Assembly (NCBI GenBank): GCA_963819735.1
Contig: CAWFXC010000005.1
Location: forward strand, 425,825 to 489,824
Length of the DNA: 64,000 nucleotides
Reading direction: 5' to 3'
Source: an uncultured Actinomycetes bacterium
Lineage (GTDB): Bacteria; Actinomycetota; Acidimicrobiia; IMCC26256; DASPTH01
Shown: piece after piece, positions 54,034-62,136 of the stretch
Layout: each line of letters begins with the position of its first letter
Numbering within the stretch: position 1 is the stretch's first letter
The notes under the pieces: model-generated
Told to the model about the DNA's origin: nothing
Seen by the model: only the letters and a program-made list of their open reading frames with translations
The model's database searches: none
Program-made: the position numbers and the translations under genes

Positions 54034-54495
54034 ATGAGCGTGAGCAGCGCGGTCGGCCCCCACCACCTCGACTGGCTGGCCGCCGCGGGCCTGAGCGGTC
54101 CCGTCTACGACACCCTCCTCGACCTCGACACCGAGTTGTGGACGAATTCGTTCGACCCCCGGCTCATGGAGCTGATGCGCATCCGCACCGCGCAGCTGCT
54201 CGGCGTCACCGCAGAGATCGAACTGCGGACACCACGCGCGCTCAGTGCCGGTCTCGACGAGGAGACGATCGCCGAGTTGCCGCAGTGGCCGACGTCACCG
54301 CGTTTCGATGCCCGCGACCGCGCCGCGCTCGGTTGGGCGGAGCAGTGGATCCTCGACGTGCACGGGATCACCGACGAAGACGCTGCGCACCTCCAGTCGC
54401 GCTTCACCCCGCGCGAGCTCTCGGGTCTCACGATGGCGATCTCGGTGTTCGAGATGTTGATCCGCGCCCGCGCCGCACTGGATCCCGGGTCATGA
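54034..54495 (+). CDS. carboxymuconolactone decarboxylase (AhpD-like) family protein, no CxxC
   Basis: The pattern DPRLMELMRIRTAQLLGV...DARDRAALGWAEQW is all-helical and AhpD-like. Confidence 0.7.
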   Translation: MSVSSAVGPHHLDWLAAAGLSGPVYDTLLDLDTELWTNSFDPRLMELMRIRTAQLLGVTAEIELRTPRALSAGLDEETIAELPQWPTSPRFDARDRAALGWAEQWILDVHGITDEDAAHLQSRFTPRELSGLTMAISVFEMLIRARAALDPGS

Positions 54496-54532
54496 GCACC
54501 GTGCGCACGCGACGCACGACGACGGAGTCTCC

Positions 54533-55060
54533 ATGCGGATGAACCCGCCCGAGGGTGGCAGCACGATGTTCGAGTTCGATCCCGAGCTCAACGCGGTGTT
54601 CCTCCGCTTCTACGGCACGTTCTGGTCGCAGGGCGTGCTCGATCAGGCCACCAAGGAAGTCGAACGCATGCGGAGCGCACGCGCCGTCGGCTGTGAGACG
54701 TGCCGCAATCTGCGGTTCGCCGGCGCGCGGGAGGAGGGCCTCGACGAAGCGGAGCTCGCGAAGGTCGACGACGGCTACGCGGAGACCGATCTCTCGCCCC
54801 GCTGGAAGACGGCAGTGGCCTGGTCGGACGCGATCACCGGCTACCCGATCACCGACGCGCCACCGCGGCGAGCCGAGACGGAACAAGAGTTCCCGGGGGC
54901 TGAGCTCGTCGAGCTGACCCTGCAGGCCGGGCTGGCGGTCGCGTTCGCCAAGGCCATGGTCGCGTGGGGTCCCCAGCCGCTCATCCCGGTGACCGTCGTC
55001 CCTACTCCCGACGCCGACTTCGAGTACGTGCAGCCGGAGGCCATCGACTCCACCCCGTGA
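54533..55060 (+). CDS. carboxymuconolactone decarboxylase (AhpD-like) family protein with a CxxC motif
   Basis: KEVERMRSARAVGCETCRNLR contains CETC. The alternative start is ATG 54566. Confidence 0.72.
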   Translation: MRMNPPEGGSTMFEFDPELNAVFLRFYGTFWSQGVLDQATKEVERMRSARAVGCETCRNLRFAGAREEGLDEAELAKVDDGYAETDLSPRWKTAVAWSDAITGYPITDAPPRRAETEQEFPGAELVELTLQAGLAVAFAKAMVAWGPQPLIPVTVVPTPDADFEYVQPEAIDSTP

Positions 55061-55097
55061 CCGGCGTAGTTGTCGATGGCGCGAGCGCCGTCCTACG

Positions 55098-56810
55098 TTG
55101 CGCCGGATGCAGCCGGGGGAGACGGTCAGGCGGGCGTCCGATACCGAGATCGGTCGCGGCGTCCCGGTGCCGGTGGCGTTCCTGCGCACGGTCCGCGAGC
55201 GCGAGGGGCTGGTCGCGCTGCGGTGGCCGATCGAGGATGGCTGGGCCGAGCGCACGTGGGGTGAGTACGCCGATCTGACCGCGCGGGTGGCCGGCGCGCT
55301 GCGCGACGCCGGCGTCGGGCCTGGCGAACGGGTCCTGCTGATGATGGGGAACCGGTACGAATTCCACGCGATCGACCTGGCGGTGATGCTGCTCCGGGCG
55401 ACGCCGGTGTCGGTGTACAACACGTCGTCGCGTGAGCAGGTCCGGCATGTGCTCGTGCACTCGGGGGCCACGTTCGCGGTCGTGGAACCGCAGTTCCTGC
55501 ACCACTTCTCGGAGACGATCGACGAGTTGCGGGCGATCATCGCGCTGAGTGACGACCCGCCCGAGGTCGACGGTGGCGCGCCCGTGCACAGTTTCGATCG
55601 CCTCGTGCGCGACGCGCGCCCGCTCGATCTCGACGTGCTCGCGAACGCGGTCGACCCCGCCGACCGGTGCACGGTCGTCTACACGTCGGGGACGACGGGT
55701 CCGCCGAAGGGGGTGCAGCTGACCCACGCGAACATCGCGTGGCTCATCGAGTGCCTGCGCGAGCTCACCGGTCCGCTCACGGGTAAGCGCATGTTGCAGT
55801 ACGGGCCGATGGCCCACGGCGCGGAGCGGATGCTCTGCCACTACCAGCACATGAGCTTCGGGTCGGAGGTCACGATCTGTCCTGATCCGACGCGCATCCT
55901 GGAATTCGTGGGCACGGTGCGACCCCACATGTTCTTCGGCGCGCCGCGGATCTTCGAGAAGCTGCGCGCGATGGTGGTGGCGAGTCCGTTCGCCGACGAT
56001 CCCGACGCCGCCCGTCGATTCGTCGGGCTCGACGCGTGCGAGATCGCGTCGATGGGGTCGGCGCCGATCCCCGCGGAGCTCATCGCCTGGTTCGCCGGCA
56101 TCGGGATCCCGATCTCCGAGGCGTACGGGCTGTCCGAGGCGACCGGCCTGGTGGCGTGGGACCCGTTCGAGCTGCGGGCCGGGAGTGTCGGGCGGCCGGT
56201 CCCGGGCATCGACGTGCGCCTCGACGACGACGGCGAGATCCTGGTGCGCGGCGGCAACGTGTTCCCGGGTTATCTCCACGATCCCGAGCACACCGCGGCG
56301 GTGATCGACGATGACGGCTGGTTGCGCACCGGCGACATCGGCACGTTCGACGACGACGGCTACCTCCGCATCGTCGACCGCAAGAAGGACATCATCATCA
56401 CGGCCGGGGGCAAGAACGTCTCGCCGGCGAACATCGAAGCCCTGCTGCGCGCCTGTCCGCTCGTCGATCAGGCGTGTGTCGTGGGCGACGGCCGTCGTTA
56501 CCTCGTAGCGATCGTCGTGCCCGACGTGCCGGCGGCGCACGACGCCGCAGATGATGCGTCGATCGATCCGGGTGACCGCGCCGCGCTCGCCGTGCATCCG
56601 CGGGTGCTCGCCGCGCTCGACCGCGAGGTCGCGGACGTGAACGCCCGTCTCTCGCGGCCCGAGCAGGTCAAGCACCTGCTGGTGACCGCCGACGAGTGGA
56701 CGCCTCAGTCGGGCCTGCTCACGCCGACGCTGAAGATCCGGCGCCCGCAGATCGCCGCCCGCTACGCGGCCGAGATCGAGAACCTGTACCGCGATGGTGA
56801 ATCGCGGTGA
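55098..56810 (+). CDS. long-chain-fatty-acid-CoA ligase-like AMP-dependent synthetase
   Basis: YTSGTTGPPKGV, GWLRTGDIG, DRKKDIIITAGGKNVSP and the C-terminal TPTLKIRR are present. Confidence 0.9.
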   Translation: MRRMQPGETVRRASDTEIGRGVPVPVAFLRTVREREGLVALRWPIEDGWAERTWGEYADLTARVAGALRDAGVGPGERVLLMMGNRYEFHAIDLAVMLLRATPVSVYNTSSREQVRHVLVHSGATFAVVEPQFLHHFSETIDELRAIIALSDDPPEVDGGAPVHSFDRLVRDARPLDLDVLANAVDPADRCTVVYTSGTTGPPKGVQLTHANIAWLIECLRELTGPLTGKRMLQYGPMAHGAERMLCHYQHMSFGSEVTICPDPTRILEFVGTVRPHMFFGAPRIFEKLRAMVVASPFADDPDAARRFVGLDACEIASMGSAPIPAELIAWFAGIGIPISEAYGLSEATGLVAWDPFELRAGSVGRPVPGIDVRLDDDGEILVRGGNVFPGYLHDPEHTAAVIDDDGWLRTGDIGTFDDDGYLRIVDRKKDIIITAGGKNVSPANIEALLRACPLVDQACVVGDGRRYLVAIVVPDVPAAHDAADDASIDPGDRAALAVHPRVLAALDREVADVNARLSRPEQVKHLLVTADEWTPQSGLLTPTLKIRRPQIAARYAAEIENLYRDGESR

Positions 56811-56926
56811 TCGGCGGGGCGGGTCACGACCATCCACTGCGGGCGGCGCTTCGCTCATTACCGTCGGGTATCAGCGAAGCGGGCAGTTGGCTGGAGAGGC
56901 CGCAGTTCTCGAAATCGATGGAAGAT

Positions 56927-56947
56927 GCCCCGGCTGCCTGCCGGGGC
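56927..56947 (-). terminator. GC-rich hairpin (GCCCCGG-7 nt loop-CCGGGGC) just downstream of the small minus-strand ORF
   Basis: The stem was read directly. On the minus strand it is followed by atcttccatcgatttc, which is moderately T-rich. Confidence 0.4.
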
Positions 56948-56961
56948 AGCTTCATCTCCGC

Positions 56962-57117
56962 TCAGCCCATGTACGCGGTGAGCGGCTGACCGCAGGTCTC
57001 CGGGACCAGCTCACCGTTGACGGTGCGCCGGATCGTCATCGGGCACGTCGGCACCGCGGCGCCCTCGTTCTCGGGCTCCACCTTGCCGTGCGTCGGGCAC
57101 CGGTATTCGATCCGCAT
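56962..57117 (-). CDS. small (51 aa) Cys/His-containing hypothetical protein
   Basis: MRIEYRCPTHGKVEPENEGAAVPTCPMTIRRTVNGELVPETCGQPLTAYMG. A strong SD (aaggtgggg) precedes ATG 57117, and a hairpin lies downstream. The ORF track extends the gene to 57186. Confidence 0.55.
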   Translation of the reverse strand: MRIEYRCPTHGKVEPENEGAAVPTCPMTIRRTVNGELVPETCGQPLTAYMG

Positions 57118-57184
57118 CCCCACCTTTGTACCCGCGCCGCGGCCCACCCCATGCACAGCGCCCGAATCCGGGTAGCGTGCGCGC

Positions 57185-57481
57185 ATGGGTGGAGTCCAGC
57201 TCCGGCGCTACGAGATGAAGCCGGGCGAGATGGATGCCTTCGTCGAGGCGTGGCGGGGTGCAGTGGTCGTACGGCGGCAATACGGCTTCTCGGTGGTGCT
57301 GGCCCTCGTCGACGAAGCGCACAACGAGTTCGTGTGGGTGGTGAGCCACGACGGCGACTTCGCCGCCGCCGAGCAGGCCTACTACGCATCGCCCGAGCGA
57401 GCCGCACTCCCGGTGGATCCGGGCAGCTTCATCGTGACGCCCCACGTGACGATGGTGCGTCCGGAGCTCCTCCCCGGATAG
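57185..57481 (+). CDS. NIPSNAP-like (dimeric alpha/beta barrel) protein
   Basis: 98 aa, QLRRYEMKPGEMDAFVEAWRGAVVVRRQYGFSVVLALVDEAHNEFVWVVSHDGDF. Confidence 0.65.
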   Translation: MGGVQLRRYEMKPGEMDAFVEAWRGAVVVRRQYGFSVVLALVDEAHNEFVWVVSHDGDFAAAEQAYYASPERAALPVDPGSFIVTPHVTMVRPELLPG

Positions 57482-57506
57482 CCGGGCCGGCGCCTCGCGG
57501 CTCTGG

Positions 57507-58247
57507 CTACTGCTTCGCCAGGAAGTCGAGCAGGGCCCGGTGCAACTCGGGTCGGGAGTTCGCGTTGTAGTGGTGCCCGGGCACCCGCACGAGGGTCGCG
57601 TGCAGCCGCTCGGCGAGGGGAGTGGGATCGCCGGCGTTCTCGTCGTCGTCGCCGACGATCAGGATCACCGGGAGGTCGATCTCGTCGAGTCGATCACGGG
57701 TGTCGACCCACGGGGTGCTCATGAGGGCCACCAGCGGCTCGCGATCGAGACCGGCCATCACCCGGAACCGACGCAACGCCGGGTGCTCGATGTCGTCGGG
57801 ATCGTCGGCCTCGAGTGCTTCCACGAGGTGTTCACGCGTGTCGGGGCCGCCGTCGATCCGCCCCACGCTCTCACCGATCCCGAGCAGTGCGAGCGCGGTC
57901 ACACGCGGTTCGTTCGGCGCGAGCCGCAGCGCGGTGTGCCCGCCCATCGAGTACCCGACGACGATGCAGTCGTCGATCTTCAGGTGGTCGAGCAGTGCTT
58001 GCACGTCACGCCGCATGGCGTCGTCGGCGTAGGCCGCGGGATCGGTGGGCTTCGACGAGAGGCCGTGACCGCGGGCGTCGAACGCGATCACGCGGTAGCC
58101 CTCGTCGAGCAGTGCGTCGAGGATCCCGGCCCTCACATAATTGATGTTCGTGTCGGCGGCGAAGCCGTGGAGGAGGAGCACCGGGCGGCCGTCGCCCTGG
58201 TCGTCGTAATAGAGCGAGAGGCCGTCGAAGCTGTCGAAGGTCGCCAT
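57507..58247 (-). CDS. alpha/beta hydrolase
   Basis: 246 aa from ATG 58247. LLLHGFAAD, the nucleophile elbow GYSMGGH and the C-terminal VPGHHYNAN are present. ORF-track entry 57507-58625 is over-extended. Confidence 0.88.
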   Translation of the reverse strand: MATFDSFDGLSLYYDDQGDGRPVLLLHGFAADTNINYVRAGILDALLDEGYRVIAFDARGHGLSSKPTDPAAYADDAMRRDVQALLDHLKIDDCIVVGYSMGGHTALRLAPNEPRVTALALLGIGESVGRIDGGPDTREHLVEALEADDPDDIEHPALRRFRVMAGLDREPLVALMSTPWVDTRDRLDEIDLPVILIVGDDDENAGDPTPLAERLHATLVRVPGHHYNANSRPELHRALLDFLAKQ

Positions 58248-58293
58248 GGGGCAGCACGGTAACGCGGAACCCGCTCGCGTTACCCTTCCCGGC

Positions 58294-59193
58294 ATGGGAG
58301 CACTTGACGGACGGGTGGCCATCATCACCGGCGCCGGTCGCGGCATCGGCCGTGAGCACGCACTGCTGTTCGCCCGGGAGGGCGCACGGGTCGTGGTGAA
58401 CGATCTCGGCGGTGCGGCCGACGGCACCGGGGCCGACGCCGGGCCCGCGCAACAGGTGGTCGAAGAGATCCGCGCCCTCGGGGGCGAAGCAGTCGCCAAC
58501 ATCGACAACGTCGCCGACTGGGAGGGCGGGGAGCGCCTGATCCAGACCGCGGTCGACGCGTTCGGTGGGCTCGATGTGCTGGTCAACAACGCCGGCATCC
58601 TGCGCGACCGCATGCTCACCAACATGTCCGAAGACGAGTTCGATGCGGTCGTCCACGTGCACCTGAAGGGCCACTTCGTACCGCTGCGTTTCGCCGCCGC
58701 CTACTGGCGGGAGCAGTCGAAGGCGGGCAATCCGGTGAACGCGTCGGTGATCAACACCTCGTCGACCTCGGGACTGTTCGGCAACGTCGGCCAGGTCAAC
58801 TACGGCGCGGCCAAGACCGGCATCGCCACGATGACGATGATCGCCCAGATGGAGCTCGAGCGGTACGGGGTGCGCTGCAACGCGATCGCGCCGTCGGCGA
58901 TCACGCGCCTCATCGCCACCATCCCGGGCCGCGAAGACGCCGCCGCCACCACCGACGACGAGTGGCATCCGCGCGACCCCGCCAACGTGTCGCCGTTCGT
59001 CGCCTACCTGGCGACGGCCGACTGCCCGATCAAGGGGCGCGTGTTCTGGGTCGCAGGCGGCGACGTCGGCCTGTTCCAGCCGTTCGCCATCGTCGACCGC
59101 ATCCACGTCGACCACCGCTGGACGCTCGACGAGCTGCAGAAGGAAGCGGCGCACTTCGCCGACTTCGAGTTCAACCTGGGGAGGCCCTACTAG
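58294..59193 (+). CDS. SDR-family oxidoreductase (longer, MFE-2-like N-terminal dehydrogenase type)
   Basis: TGAGRGIGREHA, NNAGILRD and YGAAKTGI are present. The start is at MGALDGRVAIITG. Confidence 0.88.
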   Translation: MGALDGRVAIITGAGRGIGREHALLFAREGARVVVNDLGGAADGTGADAGPAQQVVEEIRALGGEAVANIDNVADWEGGERLIQTAVDAFGGLDVLVNNAGILRDRMLTNMSEDEFDAVVHVHLKGHFVPLRFAAAYWREQSKAGNPVNASVINTSSTSGLFGNVGQVNYGAAKTGIATMTMIAQMELERYGVRCNAIAPSAITRLIATIPGREDAAATTDDEWHPRDPANVSPFVAYLATADCPIKGRVFWVAGGDVGLFQPFAIVDRIHVDHRWTLDELQKEAAHFADFEFNLGRPY

Positions 59194-59208
59194 CCATCGG
59201 CAGGACTG

Positions 59209-59263
59209 CCGAACATCTCGGAGTTCGCGCTCGCATGTGTACGTGAACTCCGAGATGTTCCGG
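59209..59263. terminator. long hairpin between convergent SDR genes (16-bp perfect stem, 18-nt loop)
   Basis: gaacatctcggagttc (59211-59226) pairs with gaactccgagatgttc (59245-59260). Flanking cc/gg bases extend the stem. Confidence 0.5.
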
Positions 59264-59277
59264 GGTGACGTGGGTGG

Positions 59278-60042
59278 TCAGCGGGGTGGGCCGGCGAGGG
59301 CGCCGCCGTCGACGACGAGCGTGTGCCCGGTGATCCACCGGGCGCCGTCGCCCGCGAGGAAAAGGGCCGCCGGCGCGATGTCGTCGGGCTCGCCGATGCG
59401 ACGCAGGGGGAGTTGGGCCGCGACCGCGTCGCCGGCCGTCTCCCAGAGCGCGCGGGCGAAGTCGGTCTTCACGAGTCCCGGTGCGATGCAGTTCACGCGC
59501 ACCCCGGGCCCGAGCTCGACGGCGAGGATCTTGGTGAGGTGGATCACCGCCGCCTTGGTGGTGTTGTAGACGCCGATCGCGGCGTCGCCCCGGAGCCCCC
59601 CGATCGACGACAGATTGATGATCGAGCCCCCGTGTTCGCGCATCCACGCCCGCCACGCGAGCTGGGTCCACACGAACGTGCCCCGGACGTTCACCTGGAA
59701 CGTCTTGTCCCACGCGGGCAGTTCGGCGTCGATGGTCGCGCCCATCGCCGGGTTGGTGGCCGCGTTGTTGACGAGCACGTCGATGGCCCCGAACCGTTCG
59801 ATGGTCGCCTGCACGCACGCCGCGGCGTGGTCGGGCTCGCCCGCATTCGCGGCGAATGTCGAGAGTTGCGCGCCCGGCACCTCGGCCGCGATGCCCCGCG
59901 CCGCCTCGTCGAGCCCTTCCTGCTTGCGCGAGGTCAGCATGACCGCCGCGCCCGCACCGGCGAACGTGGTGGCGATCGCCCGGCCGATGCCCTTCGACGC
60001 GCCGGTGACGATCGCGGTCTTCCCGGCCAACTCGTCGGTCAT
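59278..60042 (-). CDS. SDR-family oxidoreductase
   Basis: TGASKGIGRAI, NNAA and YNTTKAAV are present. Confidence 0.9.
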   Translation of the reverse strand: MTDELAGKTAIVTGASKGIGRAIATTFAGAGAAVMLTSRKQEGLDEAARGIAAEVPGAQLSTFAANAGEPDHAAACVQATIERFGAIDVLVNNAATNPAMGATIDAELPAWDKTFQVNVRGTFVWTQLAWRAWMREHGGSIINLSSIGGLRGDAAIGVYNTTKAAVIHLTKILAVELGPGVRVNCIAPGLVKTDFARALWETAGDAVAAQLPLRRIGEPDDIAPAALFLAGDGARWITGHTLVVDGGALAGPPR

Positions 60043-60115
60043 GGCAGGCAGTCTCGCGCGGGAATTCGGGCCCCGACCTCGGGGAGAACCCTCGCCGCCG
60101 CGCTCACGCGCGACG

Positions 60116-62044
60116 ATGGGCGCATGGCCGGAGTGGAGACCGCGGAGCGAGCCGCGCCGTCACCCGCGCCCGCTCCCGCGTCTCGGCTACATCCCGGCGT
60201 TGGACGGCCTCCGGGCGGTCGCCGTCATCGCGGTGCTGCTCTACCACGGCGGTCAGGCCTGGATTCCCGGCGGGTTCCTCGGGGTCGACGTCTTCTTCGT
60301 GATCAGCGGCTATCTCATCACGTGCCTGCTGCTCGCCGACTTCCAGCAGCATGGCCGCGCCGGGCTCAAACGCTTCTGGTACCGCCGCGCCCGGCGGCTG
60401 CTCCCCGCGCTGTTCACGATGTTGTTCGTCGTCTCGCTGTACGCGTTGCTCTTCCTCCCCGACGTGATCTCGCAGCTGCGGGGCGAGGTGATCGCCGCCC
60501 TCCTCTACGTGGAGAACTGGTTCCTCATCTTCCGGCACCTCTCCTACTTCCAGAGCGCCGGCCGGCCACCACTGCTGCAGCACGTGTGGTCGCTGGCGGT
60601 GGAGGAGCAGTTCTACCTGCTGTGGCCGATCCTGCTCGCGATCGGCCTCGCGGTATGGGGCAACAGCCGCCGGAAGTTGCTCATCGCCATCATCGTCGCG
60701 ATCGCGGCGTCGACCATCGAGATGGCGATCCTCTATCACCCCTACACCGATCCGTCGCGCGTCTACTACGGCACCGACACGCGCGTCGCCGCGTTGCTGG
60801 TGGGCGCGGCGCTCGCGTTCGTGTGGGCACCGTGGCGCATCTCCGGTAGGGCTGGCCGCAACGCCGGGATCATGCTCGACGTCGTCGCCGTCTTCAGCGC
60901 GATCGCGCTGATCTGGATGTTCCTCAACGTCGGCGAGTTCGATCCCAACCTCTACCGCGGCGGATTCCTCGTGGCCGCGCTGGTGTCGGCGGTGCTGATC
61001 GCGTCGACGGTGCATCCATCGTCGCGGCTCACGTCGTGGGTGCTGGGCTTCGCGGTGCTCCGCTGGATCGGCGTGCGCTCGTACGGGATCTATCTGTGGC
61101 ACTGGCCCGTCTACATGGTCACGCGCCCGCATTCCGACGTCCCGATCACGGGCCTCCCGTTGTTGGCCATGCGGCTCGCGATCACGTTCGTGATCGCGGC
61201 CGCGTCGTACCGGTTCATCGAGGAGCCCATCCGCCACGGCGCCATCGAGCGGCGGTGGGCGGTGTACCGCAACTCGACCGGTGAGGCCCGGCGCAAGCTG
61301 GCGACGGGCTTCGCGCTCATGGGGGTTGCGCTCACGGTCGTGGTGGCGATCATCGCGGTCGGCCTGGCCGGTGGCGGCACGCCGAAGGCCCCCGGCGGTT
61401 TCCCGGCCGCCGCCGCGGTGGTGCTGAATCCGGGATCGTCGCCGACCACGACCCGGCCGGGTCAGGCCTCCACGTCCACGTCGACCCCGTCGTCGTCGGC
61501 TCCCGCGACCACCACCGTGCCACCCACCACCGCGCCCGCCCCCAACAAGGCGCCGGCCGCGGTCACCGCCATCGGGGATTCGGTGATGCTCGGTGCGGCC
61601 AACGACCTCCTCACCACGATCAACAACATGTTCGGCGCGCCGATCACCCGCGTCGACGCGAAGGAGAGCCGCCAGTTCTCCGCCGGGGTCGACCTGCTCC
61701 AGCTCTACAAGGGAGCCGGCCTCCTCGGCCAGGACGTCATCGTGCAGCTCGGCACCAACGGCACCGTCGACCCCGGCGACTTCGACCGCATGATGACGCT
61801 GCTCAGCGGCGCCCAGCGCGTGGTGATCGTGAACGTGAAGGCCGACCGACCGTGGGAGCAGGAGGTCAACGACACCCTCGCCGCCGGGGTCAAGAAGTAC
61901 AAGAACGCGGTGCTGGTCGACTGGCACGCGTACGGCAGCGCCCACCCGGAGTTCTTCTACGACGACGGGATCCACCTGAAGCCCGACGGCGCCCAGGCCT
62001 ACGCCCAGCTCGTGGCCAGCGCCCTCGGCAGCGGCACGCCGTAA
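60116..62044 (+). CDS. acyltransferase-3 (OafA/YrhL-like) membrane O-acyltransferase with a C-terminal SGNH domain
   Basis: From ATG 60116: IPALDGLRAVAVIAVLLYHG, FLGVDVFFVISGYLIT and multiple TM segments. A Pro/Thr/Ser linker follows, then AVTAIGDSVMLGA (GDS block) and DDGIHL. The ORF track over-extends the gene to 59615. Confidence 0.85.
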   Translation: MGAWPEWRPRSEPRRHPRPLPRLGYIPALDGLRAVAVIAVLLYHGGQAWIPGGFLGVDVFFVISGYLITCLLLADFQQHGRAGLKRFWYRRARRLLPALFTMLFVVSLYALLFLPDVISQLRGEVIAALLYVENWFLIFRHLSYFQSAGRPPLLQHVWSLAVEEQFYLLWPILLAIGLAVWGNSRRKLLIAIIVAIAASTIEMAILYHPYTDPSRVYYGTDTRVAALLVGAALAFVWAPWRISGRAGRNAGIMLDVVAVFSAIALIWMFLNVGEFDPNLYRGGFLVAALVSAVLIASTVHPSSRLTSWVLGFAVLRWIGVRSYGIYLWHWPVYMVTRPHSDVPITGLPLLAMRLAITFVIAAASYRFIEEPIRHGAIERRWAVYRNSTGEARRKLATGFALMGVALTVVVAIIAVGLAGGGTPKAPGGFPAAAAVVLNPGSSPTTTRPGQASTSTSTPSSSAPATTTVPPTTAPAPNKAPAAVTAIGDSVMLGAANDLLTTINNMFGAPITRVDAKESRQFSAGVDLLQLYKGAGLLGQDVIVQLGTNGTVDPGDFDRMMTLLSGAQRVVIVNVKADRPWEQEVNDTLAAGVKKYKNAVLVDWHAYGSAHPEFFYDDGIHLKPDGAQAYAQLVASALGSGTP

Positions 62045-62136
62045 CCGCACCGCCGGGCCTCTGGGCGGCCCCGCCCGCCACGGAGGGTGGCTGACCCCCC
62101 TGCCGGGTGGTCCGTGTGCCAAGCTTTGAGGCCCTC

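Noticed and set aside
56847-56881. Hairpin CGCTTCGCT-17 nt-AGCGAAGCG downstream of the acyl-CoA ligase as an intrinsic terminator or small RNA
   Set aside because: The 9-bp stem is real, but the loop is large, there is no U-tract and I have no conservation information. It is noted here but not called as a feature.
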